Assembly (NCBI GenBank): GCA_964600935.1
Contig: CAZRMH010000001.1
Span: 1 to 63,635 of the forward strand
Source of the DNA: an uncultured Candidatus Obscuribacterales bacterium
Lineage (GTDB): Bacteria; Cyanobacteriota; Vampirovibrionia; Obscuribacterales; Obscuribacteraceae
Reading direction: 5' to 3'
Length of the DNA stretch: 63,635 nucleotides
Of this stretch, positions 37,007 to 45,558 are shown piece by piece. The notes beneath the pieces are model-generated. The model saw nothing but the letters and a program-made list of their open reading frames with translations. It was not told the DNA's origin and did no database searches. Each line of letters starts with the position of its first letter. Within the stretch, counting starts at the first letter, position 1. The position numbers and the translations under genes are program-made.

Positions 37007-37897
37007 ATGAAGATTGACAAAGGAATCGCCGCAGCTGTTCTGGCGCCATTCTTCATTGCCCTCAGCATCATCGTGACAAACATGGCTGGAGGCGAGGCAC
37101 CGCCACTGGTGATTGCCGGTCTGGGCTCGCTATTCTCGGTACCCTTCCTGATTGTTATTGCCCTCGTTTCAAAAGCGGATCTACAAATTTCAAAACTTTT
37201 GAACGAGCTGCGCATGCCGTTTTTAAAAGTCTTATTCACTAGAAACATCATTGGCTCAGCCTTGATTGTAAGCGGATTCACAATGACGACTGCAATAAAG
37301 GCAGTGCTTTTACTGAGACTCGAACCGGTATTTGTCTTCGTCTGGAGCATGATCTACTTCAATGAGAAGCCAAACCCCAAAAAGCTAATTGCCCTACTCG
37401 CACTGCTTGCTGGTTCTGGTCTGGTGGTGGCACCTAACGAAGCAGTAGGCGGTCCGAATCTTGGAGATGCGCTTGTCGTAATCTCTTTGCTGTTTCTCTC
37501 CTACTCATACATACCGACGAATGAAGTAGTGCAGAAAACCAGTCCCGCCGGGCTCAATCTCATGACCAATACTATCGGTGGTGTGATCATCACAGCGCTT
37601 GCTTTTTGCATTCCAGGTCAAGCGTTCGGTCTTACGACCAAAGCGCTCTTGCTCATAACCAGTTATGCGATTGTATTTTCCGTTATTGGAGTAAGCCTCT
37701 ACCTGTATGCGTTCAAAACGTTGAAGCCCTGGGTAATCGCATCCTTCCTGTCGCTAGAGGTCGTGTTCGGAACTATTTTAGCGTTTTTTATATTACACGA
37801 GACAATGACGCCGATTCAAATAGCTGGAGCTATCGTCGTGCTTGCCGCGACCGCAGTGATCGCTCGATTAAACCAAGAGCCAGAACCGGCATTGTAA
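37007..37897 (+). CDS. DMT-superfamily (EamA-like) transporter
   Basis: 296 aa, about 10 TM segments in a two-fold repeat architecture. Confidence 0.75.
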   Translation: MKIDKGIAAAVLAPFFIALSIIVTNMAGGEAPPLVIAGLGSLFSVPFLIVIALVSKADLQISKLLNELRMPFLKVLFTRNIIGSALIVSGFTMTTAIKAVLLLRLEPVFVFVWSMIYFNEKPNPKKLIALLALLAGSGLVVAPNEAVGGPNLGDALVVISLLFLSYSYIPTNEVVQKTSPAGLNLMTNTIGGVIITALAFCIPGQAFGLTTKALLLITSYAIVFSVIGVSLYLYAFKTLKPWVIASFLSLEVVFGTILAFFILHETMTPIQIAGAIVVLAATAVIARLNQEPEPAL

Positions 37898-37933
37898 TTT
37901 TTCACGGCGCGAATTTTCTGACGGATTAAGTTT

Positions 37934-38836
37934 TCAACAATTCTGAACAGACGATATGTGCTGCAAACAAAGTTTGGCACACTCTTCCGGCGCCTGCTCC
38001 AACAGCCAATGAGACATTCTCTCTAACTCGACAAATTTATAACTGGATGAAACGAAATCCGCTGTTTTAAGAGCTGCGGTACGACCAAGCGCCTGATCTT
38101 CAGAGCCCCAGATATAGAGCACCGGCACATCGCGAATTATTCCAACGCGCATACTTTTCTGCAGCGCTCGGTACCAGTTCAAGGCAGCGGTCAACACACC
38201 TGGTTTGGAAAACCGAACCACATTGGCTTCCAACTGCTCTGAGCTGAGCTGCCCGCGATAGGCGGATTTAAGACGGTTCGCATTATCACGAAGAATCAGA
38301 AACTCGGCGATGTGAAAGGGCAATCGAAAAAGACCTACGTACATCGATTTTTTCTTCTGTTCCGGATCGACCTTGATAGCTTCCAGAAAGGCGTCGACAT
38401 GAGGAGTCGAGAGCACGCTCACAGTGTGCAGCCGGGCAGCATGTTGAGCAGCCAAAACCCACGCGACCACTCCCCCCCAGTCGTGACCAATGAGATGAAA
38501 TTGTTTGGCACTAAAAACATCGGCTACGGACAAAACATCTGCAACCAGAGCATCAACGTGATAATCCTCGACACGCAGAGGACGCGCACCATCCGAATAT
38601 CCACGCTGCTGAATGGCAATGCAGTGATAACCGGCGGCAGCCAGCGGTTGCATAACCTCAGTCCAGGCATCAGCGAATTCCGGAAACCCGTGCAGGAGAA
38701 TCACGACAGGACCGTCTGGCGGACCGGCCGTGAATGTGTCGAAAACAAAACCATTGGCGGGAGTTTTTCTCCACTGAAAACCAGACGGTACTGCAAATGT
38801 GTTTTCTCTCAAATCACAACCTAATATTTTATCCAA
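37934..38836 (-). CDS. alpha/beta hydrolase (epoxide hydrolase / haloalkane dehalogenase-like)
   Basis: VILLHGFPEFADAW oxyanion region and the nucleophile elbow HLIGHDWGG. Confidence 0.85.
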   Translation of the reverse strand: MDKILGCDLRENTFAVPSGFQWRKTPANGFVFDTFTAGPPDGPVVILLHGFPEFADAWTEVMQPLAAAGYHCIAIQQRGYSDGARPLRVEDYHVDALVADVLSVADVFSAKQFHLIGHDWGGVVAWVLAAQHAARLHTVSVLSTPHVDAFLEAIKVDPEQKKKSMYVGLFRLPFHIAEFLILRDNANRLKSAYRGQLSSEQLEANVVRFSKPGVLTAALNWYRALQKSMRVGIIRDVPVLYIWGSEDQALGRTAALKTADFVSSSYKFVELERMSHWLLEQAPEECAKLCLQHISSVQNC

Positions 38837-40374
38837 ACAGATTTCAATTTCGTAAAGGCATCCAGTGAATGCCTGCTCATCTCCTTACCCCATCCGCTTT
38901 GTTTGAAACCGCCAAAGGGACTGGCGAAGTCGTAGCAACCGTATTTGTTGACAAAAACCATGCCTGCATCCAACTCCGATGCCACGCGATTCGCTCTGCT
39001 GATATCAGCTGTCCAGAGACCGGCCGCAAGACCATATATGGTGTCATTCGCCAACGCGACAACTTCGTCTTCGGTCGTGAACGGCGTCACAGTGAGAACA
39101 GGACCGAAGATCTCCTCCTGAAACAACCTGGACTTCGACGCAACATCAGCAAAAATAGTTGGACGAACAAACAAACCTTTGGCATTATCGCCACTTTCAT
39201 CCCGATGGCCGCCGGCTACCAGACGAAGCTTCTCAGTTTTGCCAAGTTCTATGTACTTCATAATTTTTTCGAAGTGCGGTAAATTGCACTGCGCACCTTG
39301 GGTCGCGGAAGGATCGAACTGCGCACCACAGACAGTGGCATCTGCGCGCTTCGCCAATTCGGTCAAGAAGTGCTCGTAGAGTGATTGGTGAACGAATAAG
39401 CGGGTTGGTTCGGAACACTTCTCACCCTTGTGGGAAAACATTGCTTGATACGATCGTTCAATGGCAAAATCGAGATCCGGAACGTCGTCAAAAACGATAT
39501 TTGCAGACTTTCCACCAAGTTCGAGACTAACATGTTTCAAGTTTGAATTAGCCGCTCCAGCAGCCACTTCCTTACCGACAGCGGTGCTACCGGTGAATGA
39601 AATTTTGTCGATTCCGCGATGTTCAGACAAACCCGTTCCGATCGCCTTGCCACCATGAACCAGGTTTATTACACCTGCTGGAAGGTCGGCTTCGTCGTGT
39701 AGTATCTGAAAAAGATATGATACCGTCAATGGTGTATACGGCGAGGGTTTAACAACTACCGTATTCCCTGTTGCAAGAGCAACGGCGAGCTTCCAGCAAG
39801 CCAGCAGCAGTGGAAAATTCCATGGCACAACAAGCGCGCAAACGCCGAGCGGTTCACGAACGGTGTAGTTTAAAAAGCCATCGTCTACCGGACAGTTTTC
39901 AGCGTAAGCTTTGTCCACCCATCCGGCATAGTAGTCGAACACGTCGGCTGCTTCCGGTATGTCATCGTTAAACGCTTCCATGAACAACTTGCCGTTGTCC
40001 AGAGCTTCTAAAGTAGCGAGTTTGGCATGATGCCGGCGAATTGTCTGAGCAATGCGCTGCAACAACTTGGCACGCTCTCTGCGCGGCATTTTCCGCCAGC
40101 TCTTCGCTTGAAACGCCGCTCGCGCAGCCGTCACAGCCTGCTCCAATTCATTACCGGTGGTCTCGACAATCTGACAAAGAAGCTCGCCGCTAGCCGGATT
40201 GATTGTTTCGATAATATCGTTTCCGCTCGCCGTGAACGCGCCTTTGACATAAGAGCCTTTACGACTGGCAAGATATGACTTAGACCAGGCTATCTCAGGT
40301 TTTTCAAGAGCTGAAGCCATCGGAGTTTCTTCTAGAATCGCGTTCAATTTATCCTCACTTTTTTGTTTTGACAT
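38821..40374 (-). CDS. NAD(P)-dependent aldehyde dehydrogenase
   Basis: VVPWNFPLL, SLELGGKSA and FSHKGEKCSEPTR (catalytic Cys) plus EEIFGPVL. Overlaps the downstream hydrolase gene by 16 nt. Confidence 0.9.
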   Translation of the reverse strand: MSKQKSEDKLNAILEETPMASALEKPEIAWSKSYLASRKGSYVKGAFTASGNDIIETINPASGELLCQIVETTGNELEQAVTAARAAFQAKSWRKMPRRERAKLLQRIAQTIRRHHAKLATLEALDNGKLFMEAFNDDIPEAADVFDYYAGWVDKAYAENCPVDDGFLNYTVREPLGVCALVVPWNFPLLLACWKLAVALATGNTVVVKPSPYTPLTVSYLFQILHDEADLPAGVINLVHGGKAIGTGLSEHRGIDKISFTGSTAVGKEVAAGAANSNLKHVSLELGGKSANIVFDDVPDLDFAIERSYQAMFSHKGEKCSEPTRLFVHQSLYEHFLTELAKRADATVCGAQFDPSATQGAQCNLPHFEKIMKYIELGKTEKLRLVAGGHRDESGDNAKGLFVRPTIFADVASKSRLFQEEIFGPVLTVTPFTTEDEVVALANDTIYGLAAGLWTADISRANRVASELDAGMVFVNKYGCYDFASPFGGFKQSGWGKEMSRHSLDAFTKLKSVWIKY

Positions 40375-40412
40375 AATGTCGAAGTGCGCTTTGTAAAACC
40401 GTTTTTAACCGC

Positions 40413-41720
40413 TTAGTTCAGCCTTGGACCATCATCCCGCTTCAATCCGAAGCCCATCGAAGACAATTCATGACAGCGTTCTCGATTTGCCTCGATGCCA
40501 TCGATGCAGTGTTCTGAAAACATCGAAATTGCTCTTTCGAGAATTTGCGTTGCATCTAAAATACTCTTTGCGGCTAAACCATCAAAGATGTTCAAGTTCA
40601 ACTCGCCATGCTCAGCGGCCGATTGTACGACTCGATCTAGACCGAAGACGACCATACACGCTTGAATCATACTCTCAGGTATGACCGGATTGATCTTGCC
40701 TTTAAAAAACGATGACCCTTCGATAACAGACGGCAGAGCGATCTCAAAGAAACCGCCGTGTGGTCCTGAAGAGAGCAGCCGCAAATCCTTGCTCAGTTTG
40801 ACCAGTCCCTCGGCTAAAGCGATCAGTTCTGAAGACACATCTGTCAAATCGTCCATGTGCTGAGCGGCGTCGAAGAGATCGGCTCGCACTGAGAGTTCTC
40901 TCCCGACCAAGCCGGAAAGACAAGATAATACAGCATCTCTGTAGCGAGGCTCTGCGCCTCCGCCATCACCGATGACGGTGCCGCCTAAATTAACCTCGTC
41001 CAGCTTACGCGCTGACGTCTCCAAACAGTTTAGTCGTCTTGAGATGAAACTCGCAAACGCACCAAATGTGGTGCCGAGCGCCACCGGCATAGCATCTTGA
41101 AGGCAGGTTCGTGCCAGAGTTTCAACATGTTGAAACTCGTTTTGTTTTTCAACAAGTATCGTCAGCATCTGCTGCAGGACTTCAATCAGTTTGGTGATTC
41201 TAGCTCGAATGCAAAGTCGAAACGCCGTATGACAAACATCGGCAGTCGACTGACCAGCGTTCACATGTTGGCGTGAGACCGGCGCGTAGTCGCCAGGCTG
41301 ACGCCCCAGACGGACGTTGGATAGGTTTGCCAAAACCTCATTCACATTCTGGTTCAAACCGATACTGCCACCACCATGGAGCATATCAATCGAAAACTCG
41401 TGGTCATAGCGGCCGGTCATAACTTCATCGCACGCTCGTCTTATCGCCTCACAGACGTCAACAGTCAACACATCAGCCTCGAGATTGGCCATGGCGCAAG
41501 CTTTCTTGACCAGAGCTAAATTAGCAATCAAGTCTGGATATTGACTGAGCTTCGAATCCGAGAAAGACATGCAAGCAATAGCTCGGGCAGTCTGAATTCC
41601 ATACAACGCATTGGCTGGAATTTCCACAGAACCAAGAGAGTCGCATTCCCAGCGACTCTCGGATTTTTTCCATCCAGTTCTATTCTTACTTAACTGATTC
41701 GATCGGCTCGGAACGTCCAT
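40413..41720 (-). CDS. aspartase/fumarase-superfamily (lyase_1) enzyme with a variant SS-loop
   Basis: DSLGSVEIPANALYGIQTARA at the N-terminus is aspartase-like. The signature reads GSSFFKGKINPV (40683-40718) instead of GSSIMPGKVNPV. Confidence 0.8.
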   Translation of the reverse strand: MDVPSRSNQLSKNRTGWKKSESRWECDSLGSVEIPANALYGIQTARAIACMSFSDSKLSQYPDLIANLALVKKACAMANLEADVLTVDVCEAIRRACDEVMTGRYDHEFSIDMLHGGGSIGLNQNVNEVLANLSNVRLGRQPGDYAPVSRQHVNAGQSTADVCHTAFRLCIRARITKLIEVLQQMLTILVEKQNEFQHVETLARTCLQDAMPVALGTTFGAFASFISRRLNCLETSARKLDEVNLGGTVIGDGGGAEPRYRDAVLSCLSGLVGRELSVRADLFDAAQHMDDLTDVSSELIALAEGLVKLSKDLRLLSSGPHGGFFEIALPSVIEGSSFFKGKINPVIPESMIQACMVVFGLDRVVQSAAEHGELNLNIFDGLAAKSILDATQILERAISMFSEHCIDGIEANRERCHELSSMGFGLKRDDGPRLN

Positions 41721-42537
41721 ATCTCATCTTCCTCAAGTAATCGCTGCTCAATGTGCCCGGCTTCGTGTCGTATCCGAGCAATGCGATAAATCGCGTGCGA
41801 TCACCTTCGATGCGTGTAACCCGATGAAGTGAATTGCGTCCTTCGAACAGCACAAGAGAACCAGGTTCGATTTCCAGAGTGACAACACCTTCGTCAGAGC
41901 CTTGCAGGACACGTCGCACATGCTCGTAATTCGGATTTTCGGCACTGCGAATCATCGGAACAAACTCATATTCGCCGCCCTTCTCCGCTGGTTGTAAGAG
42001 GATCGTGGTGACAAAATCAGTTTGATCGAAATGCCAGCGCAGGTAATCGCCCTCTTTCATAGTTGCGATATTGAGTGCACCCATCGGGTCGGCATAGCGG
42101 TAGATTTTTTCTTTGCCAAGCGCGTCAGCGAGAAAATCCATCAGCCCATCCCATTCGTACAGAGTCCGAACCAACGAGCTAGACGGCATCTGATCGTAGC
42201 CAATTGCACCCAGGGATGTAGTATCAGTCATGCGGCGCGGATCATCCTGCGGCCAACTCTCGTCAATTTCCACGAGATAGGCATTCCCTGTGACTGTGTT
42301 GTGAAACGCGGTCGGAGCGAGTTCCGTCGCTTCAACGACCATCTCGGCAACGACTTCCGGTTTGATGAAACCCTTCAGGACGCAAGCGCCTTGCTTGTGC
42401 AATTGCTCTCTGCAGTGCTCGATCAGAGCACGGTACTCCGCGGATTCCGGCTTGTCTATTCTGTACTTTTCCAAATCAATAAACGAGGTAGCCTTATCGC
42501 AAGTCGCCGCCGAACCGCTCACCATCAACTCTGTCAT
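41686..42537 (-). CDS. putative Fe(II)/2-oxoglutarate-dependent oxygenase
   Basis: 283 aa. HxD (WHFDQ) followed about 70 aa later by SLHRV and a downstream Arg (RTRF), the facial-triad spacing of 2OG oxygenases. The family was not verified. Confidence 0.5.
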   Translation of the reverse strand: MTELMVSGSAATCDKATSFIDLEKYRIDKPESAEYRALIEHCREQLHKQGACVLKGFIKPEVVAEMVVEATELAPTAFHNTVTGNAYLVEIDESWPQDDPRRMTDTTSLGAIGYDQMPSSSLVRTLYEWDGLMDFLADALGKEKIYRYADPMGALNIATMKEGDYLRWHFDQTDFVTTILLQPAEKGGEYEFVPMIRSAENPNYEHVRRVLQGSDEGVVTLEIEPGSLVLFEGRNSLHRVTRIEGDRTRFIALLGYDTKPGTLSSDYLRKMRYGRSEPIESVK

Positions 42538-42691
42538 GATAGAAACACTCCCTCAATAAAAACGCGAGGATGTGATCGTACCGCTACGGACAGCGGGCAA
42601 AAACGGAATGAACGTAATTTTAGTATCTACACTGTTGAGAAAGCTGGAAAGACGTCGGCAAATACTTTTGATATTAGACAAGTCACGAGGG

Positions 42692-44368
42692 CTAGTGCTG
42701 ATCTGGCGCAAATTGCAAAACATTGTGCACACAACTGACCGCCTGAGAGCCATCGCCTACGGCAAAACCGACGCGCTTTGTAGTGCCGGCTCGAACATCA
42801 CCGGCCGCTAAAATTCCCGGCACTGTAGTTTCCAGTGCGCACGGCATGCGATTTTTACAGGGCCATTTGCCGGTTGCGTATGCGTCACTGCCCGTGAGAA
42901 TGAAACCCTTAGCGTCGCGCTCAACTTCAGAAGGCAACCAGTCGTGAGAACAAATGGAACCGATGAAGACGAAAACGGCCTTAACCGGAAGGTTGAAGGT
43001 TCCCTCCGATTCCGACTGCACATCGGCTGATTCAACGAACATGTCTCCGTTTACTGAAGTAATCTCAGCAGTTTCATGGACGACAATATTTCGATTTTCA
43101 CGAACTCTCGAAACAAGATAGTCCGACATGGATTTTCCGCCAAGTTGCGAACGAATAATCATATGAACAGTTCGATTCGGACAACATTCGGCAAGATAGA
43201 CAGCCGCTTGACCAGCCGAGTTTCCCGCACCGACGACGGCGACATCACACTGATCGTGCAACATTGCTTCGACAGTCGTACAGGCGTAGTAGACTCCGGA
43301 ACGTTCAAATTTATCGGCATTAGCCGCTGCCAGTTTACGCCACTGAACTCCGGTTGAAACTAAAACAACGCGCGATTTAATTACCGCGCCACAATCCAGA
43401 TGCACCTCATGCGATCCGCATTCGGAAGAACGTGTAATCTTTGTCACCGAAACTGGTGCCACCAATTGCGCACCAAATTTGAGCATTTGCAAAACACCAC
43501 GCGTCGCCAATTCTGTTCCGGACAGACCAGTTGGAAAACCAATGAAGTTCTCTATCCGTGAGGATCCGCCAGCTTGTCCACCAGGTCCGAGTTTATCGAA
43601 CACGAATGTCTTCAAACCTTCGCTAGCAGCATAGACAGCGGCTGCTATACCAGCAGGTCCAGCGCCGATGATGGAGAGATCGACTTCGCCGTTTGGACAA
43701 TGCCTCCAGATTCCCGCACCCTGTGCGATTTCTCGCAAGGTAGGCTTGTGCAGCAACGTTCCATCACGACACTCTACAGCCGGCATATGATCGTAATCAG
43801 GATTGCCGAAGTTCACAGCAAGCGCCTTGCCTTCTTCAGTTTCAATGTCGTAGAAAGTGAATGGTACAAAATTCTTGTGCAGAAATTCTCGAATCTCTGT
43901 CGTGTGAGAGCATTGCGCATACCCCAAGACGCTCAGCCCGAGCTTGCCTGTATCGAGAAGCAATTCGCGTCGTCGCAAAAAAGCAGTTAGCAATTTTTCG
44001 GATAGTTTAGGAACTTTATGCAAAACTTCGCGAAGACCACTGTTTTTAACGCGCAAGACATTGGTGGTTCCGACTGCGCGCCCAGACGTGATCACAGGAC
44101 GTCTCGTCAGAACATCGATATCGCCAGAAAAGTTACCGACTTTGTGTGTGACGACATGTTTATTATCATCAGCCGGATTGATTACTTCCAAACTTCCGGA
44201 CTTGACGACGAATAGATCGATATCACTTTGCCCGGCTTCGTAAATCAGCTCCCCGTCCTGGAAGACTTCACATGTAGCAAACTGCTCGAGTAGATCCATC
44301 TCCGACTGCGTCAGAGTCGGAAATGCAGTCGTGTAAAGCTCAGTGGGGTCAATAGTAGTGTAAGGCAT
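42692..44368 (-). CDS. cyclic-nucleotide-binding domain fused to a thioredoxin-reductase-like flavoprotein
   Basis: N-terminal cNMP-binding fold (FQDGELIYEAGQ..DLFVV.SG.LEV). Then GAGPAGIAAAVYAASEG and VVGAGNSAGQAA dinucleotide motifs. The site aligned with CATCDG reads ACTTVE. Start set at the ATG at 44368, which has a GAGGAG SD. Confidence 0.8.
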   Translation of the reverse strand: MPYTTIDPTELYTTAFPTLTQSEMDLLEQFATCEVFQDGELIYEAGQSDIDLFVVKSGSLEVINPADDNKHVVTHKVGNFSGDIDVLTRRPVITSGRAVGTTNVLRVKNSGLREVLHKVPKLSEKLLTAFLRRRELLLDTGKLGLSVLGYAQCSHTTEIREFLHKNFVPFTFYDIETEEGKALAVNFGNPDYDHMPAVECRDGTLLHKPTLREIAQGAGIWRHCPNGEVDLSIIGAGPAGIAAAVYAASEGLKTFVFDKLGPGGQAGGSSRIENFIGFPTGLSGTELATRGVLQMLKFGAQLVAPVSVTKITRSSECGSHEVHLDCGAVIKSRVVLVSTGVQWRKLAAANADKFERSGVYYACTTVEAMLHDQCDVAVVGAGNSAGQAAVYLAECCPNRTVHMIIRSQLGGKSMSDYLVSRVRENRNIVVHETAEITSVNGDMFVESADVQSESEGTFNLPVKAVFVFIGSICSHDWLPSEVERDAKGFILTGSDAYATGKWPCKNRMPCALETTVPGILAAGDVRAGTTKRVGFAVGDGSQAVSCVHNVLQFAPDQH

Positions 44369-44666
44369 GGTCGCTCCTCGCATCCAGATACCGTACCGGC
44401 GCTTCTCTTCCGGTCAAGAGAGGCGAAGCATCCAACAATCATAACGCATCAGTGCTTTGTATAACTTCGGAATGGCGCAGTCCAGGTCTTCTTCTCGTGG
44501 GCGTCGCTGGCAGGTTTTCGCCTCGGTCTAGGCGGTGGCGCTGGCTGCCAACTTTCGCCGATTGATTTCTTCTTCGAATCGTTAGTTTGAATTGACAACA
44601 TGTTTTTGAGTTTAACAGAAAAATACGCCCATTCAGGTTCTCACCACAACACCACAAATCCCTCCA

Positions 44667-44682
44667 AGATTGGTAGTCTAGT
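44667..44682 (+). promoter_or_regulatory. second copy of the 16-nt promoter-proximal motif (AGATTGGTAGTCTAGT)
   Basis: Matches 12145-12160 at 15/16 positions and ends 33 nt before the ATG at 44716. Confidence 0.3.
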
Positions 44683-44715
44683 TAAACAGTTCTCCCTGCT
44701 CTAAAAGTATTAAAT

Positions 44716-45558
44716 ATGAATCGTTTAGTTCGGAGTTTTTCTAGCCTGCTGTTAATTGCGCTCAGTCTCACGATTGTCGCCAATCCACCAGCGACGGCGG
44801 AATCAGTGGATTCGGCACTCTTTGTGAAGGGCAAAGAACTTCTCAAACAAAAACGCCCTAAAGAGGCGCTGCACTACTTCGATATCAGCCTTAAACAAAA
44901 CCCGGAATATATCCCGAGCTTACTCGAGCGCGCAAAAATCTACGTGCTCTTACAACAGCACGAGGAGGCAATTAAGGACTGCAAAAAAATTCTTTCTCTT
45001 GACCAACCGGACAAATCTAAGCACCTCGCCAAGACACATAAGGTATTGGCAGAGTGTTATACGGAAACTGGTCGATATAAAGATGGTGAGCGCGAAATCG
45101 ACATCGCGCTCAAGCTGGACCCGACCAACCACAAATATGCTCTATACAGAGCAGAGATTCGAAAGGAACTGCGTGACACAAAAGGAGCAATCGAAGATTT
45201 CGGAATGGCGATAAAACATAAACCAGACGAGTCGCCATCGGAATATTTCGAAAGAGGCAAACTATATGCGTCCACAGGCAGGCTCAAAGATGCAGTCAAC
45301 GACTTCACCATCGCGATTAAACAGACTGATAAGAAAGAACGAATTTTAGTAAGTAGAGCAGACGCTTACTTAAAGCTGAACCAATATGAAAAAGCGGTGG
45401 CCGACTGCTCCGAAGTTCTCACTCACTCGAACAAAGGCGGGCGCTCCAACTTCGCTGCGCTCAAAGTAAGAGCCGCAGCTTACGCCAAGCTCGGAAAAAA
45501 AGATCTGGCGAAGGTCGACGAGAATGCGATGAGGAAAGTTGATGACTTCGAAATTTAG
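44716..45558 (+). CDS. exported TPR-repeat protein
   Basis: 280 aa with a signal peptide (LLLIALSLTIVANPPATA) and several TPR units. Confidence 0.8.
   Translation: MNRLVRSFSSLLLIALSLTIVANPPATAESVDSALFVKGKELLKQKRPKEALHYFDISLKQNPEYIPSLLERAKIYVLLQQHEEAIKDCKKILSLDQPDKSKHLAKTHKVLAECYTETGRYKDGEREIDIALKLDPTNHKYALYRAEIRKELRDTKGAIEDFGMAIKHKPDESPSEYFERGKLYASTGRLKDAVNDFTIAIKQTDKKERILVSRADAYLKLNQYEKAVADCSEVLTHSNKGGRSNFAALKVRAAAYAKLGKKDLAKVDENAMRKVDDFEI

Noticed and set aside
39031-39042. ACCATATATGGT palindrome (also CCATATATGG at 15547-15556), identical to the core of the 6044 motif.
   Set aside because: Both lie inside CDSs and simply encode (T/A)IYG, including the conserved ALDH motif NDTIYGL. This is coincidence of coding, not a shared element.
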